64,000 bases of DNA from Phallusia mammillata. Lineage: Eukaryota. The DNA is taken from the NCBI GenBank assembly GCA_965637545.1, contig OZ281497.1, positions 26,908,001-26,972,000 on the forward strand, written 5' to 3'. The position numbers and the translations under genes were made by a program. Numbering within the stretch: position 1 is the first letter of the stretch; each line of letters opens with the position of its first letter. The notes beneath the pieces are model-generated. The model worked only from the letters and a program-made list of their open reading frames with translations, ran no database searches and was not told the origin of the DNA. Of the stretch, positions 50,901-64,000 are shown piece by piece.

Positions 50901-51828
50901 GACGTTAACAAGCGTGCGCTGTAATTAGAATGTAATAACTTTGTTAGTTACTTCGGCTTTGTCGCGAACAGTTATAAAATATATTCGAGAAAGTACCTTA
51001 AATGTCATATGTTGGACGCACTATGTGTAAAACTGACTTAGGAACGCTAGAAACTGACTTAGAAACCTGATGAAAGAAACTGCCAGATTGTATCATGAAG
51101 TTTTAACAGTTTCTGTGTTTGTAAAGTTAAAAAATTCTGATCAACATATACAGCAAATGATTTCTTTGTATACAAGTTCTCAGCTAGAGATGTTTTTGAA
51201 ACTGTATGTCTGCCAAAACTGAAACAAGTGGCGAAATTACGATTCGCCTGAATTGTGTCACTTGCGTGTGAAGTCAGTGGTGCGTAAAAAGTGTCGGTGT
51301 CGGATGTACGTTGTTTGTGGTACACAGAGATTTTCGAGTCGGTAAATGTATTTGTTGTTTAGCAAATAGTGCGAGAAACACAGTGTTTGTAGCAGTCCTT
51401 CAAAAATTTAAAAATTAAAAGATTATTTCTGCGAAAAAGGCGTTTCTCGTTTGTTTAGTATTAGTGGTACAAATTGACGGAAACTGTGATTTGAAATTGA
51501 TCTATCAGATAGTGTCTGTAGACAGATCATGTAGGGCAACTTGGAACTTTAACAAGCTAGGAACTGTTATACTTAGGCGAGACAGTTCCTCTATCTTTAT
51601 GATACAGACTAACAAAAAGTTATTTAAAGAAGCAATTGTCTTACCTTGTCCTCCATATTATAGAATTCTGTAACAAAAAAACATAGCATCTCAGGCTGGT
51701 TTCCTATGTGAGTTTTTATGGCAACTAAAACGTCGATGTGTTGGTTTGAACAGAAACAATACAGTTTTGCCGAGTCAGTATTTTCACATAGAATTGTTGA
51801 TTACTGCTAAATTCGACGTTAACCGAAC

Positions 51829-52300
51829 ATGACGTCCAAACTGAACTCCTTCAACATTCATCAACACCGCAACAATGCCTCCAAAAGTCGCGAGTCCATT
51901 GTGATGTCATGCAAGTCGCGATCGCAGCTCTCATCCGAAAGTGGGGAGGAGGACCGCATAATTCGTGGTGGTGAGACCGCCATGTTTTTGCGCGGGAGCA
52001 TCGACCATGACTGCCTCGTGCCGAATGCTCAGCCTCTGGCGGTCTCAAGAAGATCCATTTCCGGGGGATGTGATACAAGAGTCTTCTACCAAGCCGGAAG
52101 CAGCGGGATCAGCGCCTGTGGATCCCAGCATCCTCTTTCTCCTGTGTTCTCTACAGGAATGCGAGACACGTCAGGTATTGCGTCTCTTGCGCCCGTTGAA
52201 AGGAAGTGGGAGAGATACAGGCCTTGGAGGCAGAGTCTCGTGTCTTATGCTGTGCGAGTGGGACAAAGGATCGTTGCTTTGTTGGAGGGGAAGAAAGCAA
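51829..52300 (+). CDS. Candidate alternative first coding exon (157 codons) of a large unidentified gene
   Basis: Longest ORF in the last 23 kb, GC-rich relative to its flanks, Ser-rich translation, donor GCAA|GTATGT (phase 1) just before the in-frame stop. Confidence 0.55.
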
Positions 52301-54885
52301 GTATGTTGAGTGGTTAAATAAATGTTTTGTGTTTAACTTGTGATATAAATAAGAATGTTATTTTCTCGGCATTTTTTTACAAAGGCATTTCTTTTCCAAA
52401 CGAAGCATTTTCCTACGTCCTTTCTTAAAGCTCCAGGGCTTTTTCGGAGCTAGTACCGCAAAATTATGAAAAGTTTGCGGATTGGATTAAAACAGCTTGC
52501 TATAATTAATCTTTGATATATTTTTTCACTAGCAACTTTGGCTGCAGTTGTTTCTCTTAGCCCTACAGAGTTTCCTTTGCAATACTTATAACTACTTTCT
52601 GCAAATTACCGAATGACTTTACTGTCGGAGGTTTTAGGCCGTGTGTTCGTCATAAACGAATTATTGACGTGGGTCGATACTTTCATCCCGTTTACACGTC
52701 ACATTCCACCAGGGAATTTGTCAATCTTGATATTTCAACACGTTTTAATGCTGCAAAGTATAAAAGGAAACGGAAAGTTTTGCCTTTTGGCCAATTTATC
52801 GGCCTTTGGTTCCTAGAAACTTCTCCGTATTTCGAAACTTTAACGACAAACTGCTTGTGTATTTTATCTTCAAACAACATTAGGCCGATGGAGACATCTT
52901 GTGGCCAAATTTATGTTATAATTTGTCCATTAGTGGGCGTAGCATGCGGTCAAATCAATTGTGGTTACATGTTCAGCTTTACAGATGCACATTTTTCTTA
53001 TGTTTAACGGTGGTGAACGTGCTGTTTTCTTTGTGTAAAATGTAACTATAAATGTGAAATGTTACCACAAACGTAAAAAGTGACTACAAACGCAAAATGT
53101 CGTCACGGACGTATGCTTCAGAATCTATAAGGTAGTTGTACAAAATCTAGTTTCAAAAGAATCGAAACGGAACAATAAACGTACTTGATACGACAAACAT
53201 ATATAAACTACTCAGTGTGATTTTTATGAAAACATTGGAAGTCACGTAAAATTCGCCCTAATCGTGCAGGATAAATAACACTTCAGCGCGTAATACACCA
53301 CACGGGAACAACGAAAATATTAAGCAAGCGTTACACGTGGTCGTTACTTTTCACTGGATGTACCTCTTTCAGGCGGGTATTTGGCTTCTTGAATCATTCT
53401 ATTAAGTTACCTATTGTGATTCAGCGTGTACTGACCCGTAAGGTTAGCATGTTTAATTATGAACCAATCCTCTATTGGTTAATTCACAAAATGAAAGCAT
53501 CATTATTTTGTATCTGAAAAACCTTGCTGACGTCAGGCCGTGACGTAATTAGCAAGTAACTGCTGGAGGTGATTGTCAAAAAACGTCTGTAACACACTGT
53601 TTTCATAAGCCAAGAAAACAGTGTTGGCGACCGTTTCTCTTGCTGTGTTATGTATAGGAGCGCGAAACTAATGAAAACAAGCGCGCATTTCCCACTTGAT
53701 TATCATTTGTGTCATAGCGATAAGACGCCATGAACTGGCATCGCGCCCATGAATAATGTAGTGCTGACATCCATGGCTTGTTCGTATGTGGGTGCGTTCC
53801 TTGCACTACACCTTGTGTTTAATTAATTAGACGCCGGAAGCCCATTTACGGCAAACTTGACTTGAAATGCACAAACTGTGTTCGTTGTAAATTATCGTTT
53901 TAATGATTAAAGCTTACATTTCGGGTATTTTCAGTTCAAAGTCCTTTTTTAGTTTGTTCCTTCCTGCTGCCAAAATGCCTGTTTGTAATGTTAGCTTCAG
54001 TATTTACAATGAATTTGAAAGAACGAGTGAGTTAACTTTACTAATTTGCTTTTGCAAAATTTATCTAAGCTTTACCACTCAACATTGCACTGCCTATATA
54101 AAAAAACAACGTTCGGCGTTTTTTTACTGTCTGAATTATACAGACTCGTTAAAAAAATTGACAGCAATCATCCTGCGCCAGCTGCCCAAAACAAGACAAA
54201 GATGTATATATATATTCATTGGCAGAATAAGTTGGAGAAATTTTTTATCATGCATTTGTGTCTTCAAAAATGGGACTTCTCCAAGCAAGCAAACGCATTT
54301 TAACATTAACGAAAATTAATAGTTTGGCATTACCGTTTTCAGGTGTTTTTTGATACGGCCACCTAAACTTCACCAATGCCTTTGATATTTTTTTTGTTAT
54401 ACAGATAACATTTTTTATTTAAAACTTCTCTGGTCAAATATTTTAGACGATAAAAATTACTTTAGTTATGTTTGTATCAAACCGTCCCATAGGTTCGGTT
54501 GTTTAATCCAAAAAACTTTAACAAATGGTCGTTTCTGCTTTCGGGGTTAAACTGCTGATGCCAAAGGTATGTTTTGTCCACAAATAAACCATTCACTGCA
54601 TACCACACTTGCTAATTCCCTTCAGCAGTTCAGCAACAAAAAAGTGCTTGCCCAATCTGTCTCGTCGCTTCTGTAAAACGCTCTGCCTTTGAGAAAAAGG
54701 GGTTTCGTGTTAGGGGGCATTTAGCTCAGCTGCCAATATTTCGTTTAACTTGCCATGCGGGTACAATGCGTGTTGAATGAACACGACTTGAGTGCTATAG
54801 GGATTAGAGCCAACATGAAGTTTACCGGTGACCTTCAGGGTTTTGAAATGTTGCTGACTTTTCTCGGCTTGCTGCTGTTATTCAG

Positions 54886-54923
54886 ATTACTGGGGCGTTA
54901 CGGCGTTATCCGTTCAAAAAGAG
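54886..54923 (+). CDS. Candidate 38-nt internal micro-exon
   Basis: Branch-like CTGAC, pyrimidine tract and TTCAG acceptor, then strong donor AAAGAG|GTAAGA; open in all three frames, so the frame is unresolved. Confidence 0.4.
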
Positions 54924-57900
54924 GTAAGATTGGGTTTTTGTGGCTTCACGCGTGGTGTCTAATAACTTAGAACAGGATTCAACCGGTTATACTTGTTATA
55001 TGTCAAGTTTTTTATTTGTAAATTTTACTAAATGCTTTTCTCAGTCTTTGAATAACGCTGTTTAATCTACAAGCATCAAGCTGCTCTTTAATTGCATTAC
55101 AGGTTTGTAACGGGTTTACAGTTAGCAGTCTTTGCCAGTTTCTTTAACTGTTTTCAAATTCTATTTACCTAAACCAACAGTATAACTGTTGTTGTCACAA
55201 AGACCATTGTTAGATAAGACACAATCGAATGTTGTCTTTGTTCTATGTAGAAATAACGCGTTTGCTAGAGAGCAGCGATAAAGCACTTCACAGTTGTAGA
55301 CAGTAGACTTTTTTGAACAGTTTTACTTCCAAACTATACATACTGGTTTTAGGTAAAATGTGGCACACTTTTCAACAAGTTTGTTGTTTTGAACTGGCAA
55401 ACCTGAGCGCCGTGTCTAACTTAAGTTTAATTCGTGGTAAACTTGATTAAGCGACTGACGCAGTGGGACGATGGTTATTAAAACTTTCGGCGGGTGTGAG
55501 CTGTCCAACGTGAGGAAAGATTGAAATTGTACGATAACAATGAAACAACACAAAAACAATATCAGTTCATATCTCTCTCAGACTAGCGTTGGTCGTCTAT
55601 AAAAATTTACAATCGGCTTGATTCCTTTTAGCGGGTTTTTATTGGACAATAACAAAGCACTTTTGGTCATGACTTTATCGTGTTTTTTCTCATGTTTCAG
55701 TTTACTTTGTAATTTAACAGTCACATCAGTTGTCACGTGTTTGACTAACCCCAGACGCAGGTCAGTTGCGTCATCAATTGACCCTGACGTAAATTTGCGC
55801 AGTTGTTTTCCGTTTCGCACGATTTTAAGCAATTTGTTCCGCTTGTGGCTACCACAGGCTTGAAAGATTTCAAGTTTAAAACCAACTGTAAAGGGCGGTG
55901 ACCTTATATTCCTTAAAAAGCAGTTTGTTTCAAGTGTTTTCGAGTCTGCTTCGTAGATTGGGTTTGAAAGGAGATATTACCTTTTCACAAGCCGTGCACG
56001 TGTTACAAGAATTCGTATTAATTGTTGTTCATGAAACCGTGTCGTCCTTAAAATCATCGGTACCACGAAACCAGACGCCGTTGTCACGCTCCAATGACCA
56101 TGTGACGCGTGCTCAAAGACGCAACTAAGCATAACATAAATTGTAAACGTCACAAGACATGAAACTTGTACCTCTTTTGTGAAGCAAGGCCCGTGTCTTA
56201 AGCATTTTTCCTGCTTTTTGGTGCAGAGTGTTAATTGGTTGTGAAGAACACAGTGTGAATGTGGGTGAGTTGTATATTTAGGTGGGTTGGTGGGGTTAAA
56301 ATGTTTACGAAAACTATCAGTTGGTAATATTTTAATTTCTGGTCGTAATTAAATTTGTCTCACACATCAAAGTCTGTATTGTCTTGTTTTGTTTGGCACT
56401 TCAAAAATATTTTCTTTGCCTTGGTTTAAATTGTAGAATGATTTATCAAACGGGTGGAACGGGTCGCTGCGTGCATTGAAGTAACTACGCTCTCCTATTG
56501 TTTTCTTGGTCTTTTGAATTCTTGGATTTTCCATGTTTTGTATTTTGTTTGATACTCGTAGCAAGATCCGCTGGAGGCAGCCGTTACCCCAGTGACCATA
56601 AGTGTATGAGAATCTGATAGACATGTAAATGTCAAAAAGGAAAATTACGCGTGGATTTTTTTTATTCTTGCTTTGACGCAATAAATGTTAATAAGCTTAT
56701 TAGAAAGGGGACTAGAAAATTTGTGTCAGTATCTTTTCCTCGTAATGGTCTGTGAAACAAATTAATGGGAAAACAGCTCCCTCTTTCCTTACTTAGCAGT
56801 TTACTGTTCGTCAAACTTCGATAAGACCTAACGCTAGTACTTACACGACGTTGCACGGTTCGTGTCAATCTGCGTTCAAAAAACATCACATCCATGAGTC
56901 AAAAGTTGTACAGATGGTCAATATATTTTAATTTCTGCAATTGTGTGAATGCATTTAAAGTCAATATCGACTTGTTTTACTTGTTTTTTTTGTCATTTTA
57001 GAGCCTTTAATATTCGGTGGAGTGTTTATGTTCGCCCTGGACACCTATCGAATGTTGAAAATAAATAATTCCACCTTTGTTGAACGTGAAATTATGCCTG
57101 TATTAATCGGCCTCATCACATCTTGTCACCACATCCTATCATGTCACTCAATGATGCATAAAGCAGCAGGAAAACACGATTCTTTGCCAAGTTTGAGTCT
57201 ATTTTTCTGGTCACAAGTCGATATAATCGATAAATAAAAGTCATCTACATATAACCTCCATATAAATAGGTTGGGATTTTTTGAAGGTTTTTCGGACCAA
57301 ACGTATAGCTTTGTATGTGTCAAATACAACGCAGTGCAACTGCTTTAACTTGCGCTATTGCATTTCAAGTGAAATTTGCAGCGAACAGTCATTTTTGAAA
57401 AATCATTTATATTTTCGATGCTTTCTGCTGGATTTGTTTAATATTGAGCTATATCAAGCACTCTTGTACTAGTTTTAAGTTTGTTGACGTTTTTTGTTTA
57501 TTAGTAATGTTACCATTTGCCTGTTAAAATTTCCGGTTTTATTTCTGGATAACCTCATAAAGTGACATAGGTTTCGCGAAAGGCAAATTGCTTGCTAATG
57601 CACCATTCTTGTATTTTTTTCAACTCTCTTAAGCTTTTAATAGGTCACGGCACATTTTGCAGGCTAAAAATACAAAAAAAAATGCTTTATAATTTAATGC
57701 AAAGGACAAGACTGCTTGAGCCACCAAATAAGATCACAATGGAGATACAGTGTGCTTCCAAACCCCACAAATAAAATAAAATATTTCTCGGCTCACTTGA
57801 CAATCTCTCATGGGACACTCGTGTACCGCGATACAATGATTGAAAAACGCTGCTGTGGAGCTTGAAAAACCTAATCCACCGGAAGCTTTTTTATCCCCAC

Positions 57901-58420
57901 CATTTCTCCGGTTTCTTAATTGGCTGCTAAATTGTACTTATTTTGCGTTGGTGTTAAGATACCCCTATATAAAAAGATTGCATGTTCTCTAAAGCAGTTC
58001 AATTTTAAATTAATCTTTTTTTGACATGATGAAAAAATGTGATTCAATGCAATCACGAATGGAAGCAAAACGCGTTTCATTTTAACAAAATCATATGAAC
58101 CAGGAAGCCCAAAACGTATGATTGTCAGATTATTAAATTTTTCACGAGCATACGCACATCCTGCTGGTGAACTTTCACCTTTAACCTCCCTCTAACCTTT
58201 TCCATATAAAACAAGTAGCGGACTCCGCTACTCGCGCGTTTAATTTTTCATGGGATCGAAAACCGAACACCGCACTTTTCATTTGCTTAAACACGCCTGC
58301 GACGAGACTATAATCGACTTTGGCCAATCAATAACTGCCGCGTGTTCGTTCAAGAAACCGCAATGCTTTATTCTGGTTTGTTGGTTTTCGACCGAATAGT
58401 TGGTGTTAGTTTTTTGGTAA

Positions 58421-58657
58421 ATTTTTTCATCCGCACAGAACAATTATTCAAGTTTGGTCAACAGTGTTATCAGCTTGAATACAAACAGATCATATTTAAG
58501 ACCACTGATTTTTTTTTATTTTCCTTTTTGTTTATTGGCCTTAAACTCGGTTGGAAAATAAACAAAAAATCAGTGGTCTTAAATATGATCTGTTTGTATT
58601 CAAGCTGATAACACTGTTGACCAAACTTGAATAATTGTTCTGTGCGGATGAAAAAAT
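58421..58657. repeat. Near-perfect long inverted repeat (~104-bp arms, ~28-nt loop)
   Basis: 58421-58524 is the reverse complement of 58553-58657 apart from a small difference in the inner T/A run. Confidence 0.93.
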
Positions 58658-58939
58658 ACAATAAACTGTGTTGATAAAAAAGACCAAAAACTGTACTGAA
58701 GAAAAAACAAACAGCGCTATAAGTTTGTTAATTATAATTGTGTCAACGTTTAATTTCCATGCGTGTTTATTGCTGAAGTGGCGTAATAGAGTATTCACGG
58801 CGCGGAGTTTTGTTATGACAGAAACTACGTAAATATTTTCACCTTCTGCCCCCGCTCATATATAATTCAACACCAGCGCGACACCTTGCGGTTGCGGGTG
58901 GCAATCATCACAAATTGGATGCAAGATACAATACGTGTA

Positions 58940-59050
58940 TTGAGGCAGCAAATGATTGTCGATTTTCTTTTTATTCATGGGGTTCGAACCCAGGACACTC
59001 CCGGGGACGAATCCCGATCAAGGTTTTCCGTTAGTGAGTAGTGCCATTTT
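58940..59050. repeat. Dispersed repeat, copy 2 (copy 1 at ~16570-16735)
   Basis: Shared GGGTTCGAACCCAGGACACTCCCGGGGACGAATCCCGATC core. Confidence 0.6.
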
Positions 59051-61803
59051 GTAACGTCTACCGCCATCTGGTGTCGACAGGAATTGTGATTAGTTTTACA
59101 CCGGGTGGCGCTGTTGCGAAGGTCTAATGTTGGTAGGACTGAAACATCTTCAGCTAGTACTTTGTCGAAAAGTCGGAGGAGGTTAATCTTCACATAAACA
59201 TTTGACCGATTAGTGTTTTTTAGTGCGCAGCTTTGAATTACGTAAATATACGAACACAGTCTTGCCACAAGTACAAACAACGATTATCTTTAATTCTTTA
59301 TATTTCTAAAACTTGGCTTCATGCTTTTTTACATTTATGTAATTACAAAACAGTGACTCTAATCTTAAATGTCTGGTTTTAGAAATAAATGGAGTTGTTT
59401 GTTTCTTCATGCATTTTCTTCACATTTCTAAAACTTAGTTTTATTTGACAATTTGTTTACAACCCCTAAGGAATCTTTCGCGAATGCGAATCGTATCAAT
59501 GGATTTCGATCAACAGTTATTAAGTTCCATGACATCCTCACAATGCAAGTTTTCAACTGTTGGACAAGTTAAAAGTATCTGTATGCACAGCATTGTATGG
59601 AACCTAGACCACATTGCTGTTTTGTTATTGGTGTCAAATCTTGTGTGCATCTTGTTGCGACGCTTAAAGTCCCTAGAGCCCAGCTTGACAACCGTCCCGG
59701 TGTCGCGTTCGTTTAACTTTAGGTTATTGATGTCACTTGTGTTGTGAACTGGGTCATGATTGTTGGAAGCAACTGCGGCGTAGGGCCTGTTGACTTATGA
59801 TCTATTCGAATTTAGATGTGGGAAAGCTACGTCAGAGGTAAATTTCAGGACAATTCTGCCGATTCGTTTTTGAATAATATAAAAATTTTAAACTCTTCCA
59901 GCAGTCTTTATTATAAAGGCATTTTAATAAAGACTGCTGGAAGAACTTTTGTTGATACATTATGCCTGGCAGAAACAGTTTCTTTCAGTCTGTTTTCGAT
60001 CATCAAACGAAATTTTTGGTTTCAAACATATTGTTGCTTTTACTTCAAACTTTCCGTTTGCCCGACAAGTTTCCATATGTTTTTAGATTCAAATCCGAAT
60101 AAGTTTCTTTTTGAATGTGCTATAAATCTTGTTGACCCGTTTTGCAGTTTATTGACTGGTCACATACACTTTACATCAAAACGACATTTGTAGCGGCAGT
60201 CAATTATTATTTGGTTTTATCAGAATTTGGATAACTTTGTATTATTTCAGGCTTTTTACGCCCTATAGCCTTCTCTTTCTCATATACGTTTCCAGTGTTT
60301 CTTGATGCAAACAACTATTTGTTTGTGAAAGCATTCTACTTTTCAACTAACGCTGCGGTTAAAAGTATCAGAAAACTTGAACGCACATGAAGACTTCAAT
60401 CTTATCACATCCTCATCATTTTGATGGACGTTGTTTACAGTTACAGTCTAATGCAGTCACCTACAAAAGTGTATCCCAAGCCCGAAAACGTTCACCAACC
60501 CGAATGAGTCAGTAAACAGTTTACGTAAGACTACCTCACGAAACACAGAAGTGTTTTTCAACTTCATGCCATGTGTAATGAGGCAACATTTCAAGATCAA
60601 GTAAGATTAAAAAACACTCGTTTACCGTATGTTTTCAATGCGATCAACGATTTTTAAGGAAATGGTATTGTTAACCCCTGGGGAGAAAATGTAACGAACA
60701 CCGGCTCGTATTTAAATTGAAGAAATAAATTGTGAAAGCCGAAGTTCGCTCTGGAGGGTTTAAAAGCTATCTTGGGATTCAAATGATTTGTGCGGGTCAT
60801 GCGAGTCCAAATATATGCCGATTAACATATCCATGAAGCCAAATACAATGCGACCACCAAACGACTGTATAGATACAAACCGATTTCTAGTCCTTTTCAG
60901 TTTACCCTAATGGAAACATTTACTTTAATGTTTTGTTTGGAGTAATGCGATTAAGTTGGTGTAAAAAACGAACGACCTAAAAGCTAGTTTAACAAATTAA
61001 ACGCTAAAAAGGGGATCATTTCAACTTGAATTAACAGCTTTAACGAGGATGGCAATGTTACTGCAAACATTTGAAAGGTTGCTTTTCCAACTCAAGCCAA
61101 ATGTCAGAAACTTCCCTGAATGTGTCAGTCAAGCATAATGGAAACTTTTCGTGAGGGAATCGACTGCACATCAATACTTTCATAATGAATGAAAAAAATC
61201 ATTAAACTTCCTCCGCAAATCTATTCGGGGTAATGCAAAAAAGGCAACTTGAACTTTAGGAAGTTTTAGTTTTATCGATCATCCTAATTCTCGGGATAAC
61301 AACTAAAAGTTCAAAATATCTCCATGGACGATGGTCCGCGCTAAATTCAATTACACGACGTCGCCGGAACATCGGAGGAGAGCACGGTAAACATCAGCGG
61401 CAGTTGAATTCCCTTACGTACCCGACAGTTGGTCTGCCCTGAACGCAGAAGGCAATCTTTGCACAGAGGAGTGGCCACGACGGTTTCTGGCTGTCTGGGA
61501 ATAGATTGACCTTCTTCGTGCGGTCGTTTGCACCGTCAATCGATTTTCTGAGCGCTGTGTGTTTAAGAATGCGGTGATGTGCATTTCACTAGCCAGTTTA
61601 GTCTTTGGTATCGGTAAGGTTAGAAGATTGTTTCTGTTCTGAATATCTTTGCCAAAGCCTGTGTGCCACTCGCTGAGTCTGTTAGGGTCTAAACAACCAA
61701 GGGTTTTAAGCCACAACCTATTGTGTGAACTCAGCGTTGTCGGCGTAAAACAGTTGGATTACACTCATCATTTACCTGTGTCTGGTCGGTATTCAGCTTG
61801 TAG

Positions 61804-61890
61804 AAATGTGCGGAATCGGCCGGCAAGTTGTTCACTGCATGCAAAAAGCTTTCAAGCGAAAACCACCCCAACCCGAAGAAGAGGAATCAG
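61804..61890 (+). CDS. Candidate 87-nt symmetric exon or alternative first exon
   Basis: TTGTAG acceptor and TCAG|GTACGT donor; the phase-1 reading gives MCGIGRQVVHCMQKAFKRKPPQPEEEES, but all three frames are open. Confidence 0.4.
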
Positions 61891-64000
61891 GTACGTCCTG
61901 CTCTTCAATATCGTTTAATCGTAAAACAGTTTGCGGCTACTGACATCACTCAACCTCTGAATGACGTTTTTGTCCCGACTTTACAGCAGAACGAGTATTT
62001 ACGAATGATTGGTAAAATAATTTTTGTGGTCCTAAACTGAATGTCAAAACATATGCTTGATGAAGGTTGTTCAATTTTGTTTTGGCAGAATTGCTGGTTA
62101 GTATTTGTCAAGCCTTTTTTTTCAAAAGGCCTTTTTTTGTAAAAAAGTTGACCACATTAAGTGAGCAAATTTATGCAAGATACTAGGTACCTTTATTTCG
62201 TTCGGAGCTTTTGTCAATCAGCGAAACTCAACACCATAGTTTACGTTCCTCTTATCTTCCAAATTCTGCAGTTGTAATATGTCAAAATTGTAATTACTGC
62301 AATGTGTCACTAATGTATTCGCGAATAGCGTGTTGAAAGTGTTGATTTAGTTGCCAAGAAGATTGAAGCAAGTAATGAATTTATGTAATTGTTGGCGCCA
62401 CAACTAATTGATGCTTTATGAAGATTCACTTTTAGTTGTTGTCTTTTTTAAGAATAATTAAACATTCCCATGAGGTAAAAGTGGTTTCGCTTCAACCCGG
62501 TAGTGCCGTAATGTGGTTACTAAATAATTTATTGTTATTTTCTGTTACTTGAAAGTGCCAAACTGGAATAGCCATTTAGGCTGGACATGACAGTAACCTA
62601 AATTAATAAAAGTAACTCGTTTCCAAACCAGCGAGATCTTATGAAACCGATTTAGCAAATCCATGACCTGAGAATGAGCAAATCTGAATCAGCGATAATT
62701 CAGGTACGACTCAAATCGGATTGAAAGTTGATTTTTTTGCTTGAAACTAATTTCGCATCGATTGAAAACGGAAAATAATTAGAAAACCCTACATAATGTC
62801 TGTACCGCTAATGCCTCCGTTAATTTCGCTCCGTTAACCGCAACAGTTTTTCAATTACAGCGTTAATTGTATTTTAGTTCTATAGATTTTCGAGGTCTTA
62901 CTATTCTTGTATAAACGGCCAGTCCAATCAAAATGGTTTGAAATCGTTTTTGTTAAAGATTGCCACACAAACTTTGTTGTTCAGATGCAAAAAAATGCGT
63001 TGTTTGTGTTTCCCAATTAAATGTTTTTCCCTTTTTACTTTGTTGAACAACCTTAACGCGTTCATTACCCGCCTCTTTAAGGGTACGTATGACCGCACAA
63101 TGGCGATGACAATAAATGATTAAAGTTGATCCCCCGAAGCGGTTGGCTATTATGACGTCATAAACCTGTTAGCGTTGGTTAAGGACAAGGCAGTGGTGTT
63201 GATTGTGTCACAAAATGTGGGTACTGTCAGCGATTTTCGTAATGCATTTCTATCCGATTGTAGTACACAGCATATTGACGAAAGCTGACTTATACCTACA
63301 TAGACATGTATTTCATTCTTTCGTGCATCACTATAGGAAACATACTTCTTGCTTTTGATTGTCAAGTTATTTCCCAAGACTATTTCAGTGTATTTCACAT
63401 TTTCAGTATTTCAATTCTATATTCTGGGATGGTAATCTAGTTTCGAATGTATACTTTGTTTTTGTGTGCCAAGGTTACCCACTATGTGTTTTGACCATTG
63501 GTTCGTTTATTCCTTCAGTCTGAATGTATAGAAAATAAAAAAACGGCCTTAACTTTCTTGCATTTGTTGATGCTATATAGCTGAAGGTCGAAGTTGTTCA
63601 ATCGTAGTAACGTTTCGTATTATTCCAACCAGGCAATGGGTTTTCATTTAATGGCATAGGGCACTTGGGAATCGTCAAATTGCCAATGTCCGCAGTCCAC
63701 CGATGAAATCGATCTCGAATGAAAAACTTGCGCTCATCTTCTGATATCATTCGTTGGAGCGTATGACCGCAAGGTAAAGATCCCTATTTATTGATCGGCT
63801 TTTTGACATAGGACCACTTGAAAATACTGCATCCGATTTCCGCACTGTCTATTTACAATAGTGTACTAGAAATATTGTTTTCATGTTCAAATGACATTTG
63901 GACCAACTCTAATTACAAGGGGGGAATTTTGGCCCATTGATTTTAAAGCAAAATCGTTAAATGGCTATTAAAAATGTAAACCCTTGACTTTTTCTGAAGT

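Noticed and set aside
55578-55863. 84-aa and 81-aa ORFs on opposite strands
   Set aside because: No recognisable motif or flanking splice signals; within chance expectation for this length.
56367-56681. Minus-strand frame with TYGHWG, reminiscent of a Gypsy integrase HHCC finger
   Set aside because: The required cysteines are missing, and I see no LTRs or neighbouring pol motifs; too weak without a profile search.
59450-59800. Minus-strand open stretch beginning RPYAAVASN, like a LINE ORF1 fragment
   Set aside because: Single short motif, no start codon and no adjacent endonuclease or RT remnants that I can recognise.
61806-61820. MCGI start resembling Ntn-amidotransferases (GFAT, asparagine synthetase)
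   Set aside because: Similarity stops after four residues; the following sequence lacks the hydrophobic strand of that fold.

Overview
Eukaryotic, AT-rich, intron-containing animal genomic DNA with compact genes; an invertebrate chordate such as an ascidian is plausible, but the species cannot be determined from the sequence. The first 40 kb are gene-dense. I assembled six spliced genes by hand, checking splice sites and reading phase: COPA (3' part, +), DUS1L (+), a DMTF1-like Myb factor (-), UBE2N/Ubc13 (+), PDHB (-, needing one GC-AG intron) and an unrecognised C2H2 zinc-finger gene (+). The last gene is the most interesting object. It has two widely spaced zinc fingers, two LC8-type TQT motifs and a ~408-aa basic disordered tail with several histone H3K9-like (T)ARK(S/T) motifs, and an alternative acceptor could remove that tail. 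The last 24 kb look like the 5' region of a large + strand gene, with several candidate alternative first exons and small exons; its conserved body is not in the window. Introns and intergenic gaps hold many non-autonomous DNA transposons with readable TIRs and target-site duplications (Buster- and Ac-type hAT, MULE-like, CACT-ended, piggyBac-like, pogo-like), a tRNA-headed SINE family, a decayed Buster-type transposase fragment and a near-perfect ~100-bp hairpin. No rRNA, intact tRNA or CRISPR array was found. All coordinates were counted by hand and may be off by a few bases, especially the ends of degenerate repeats.
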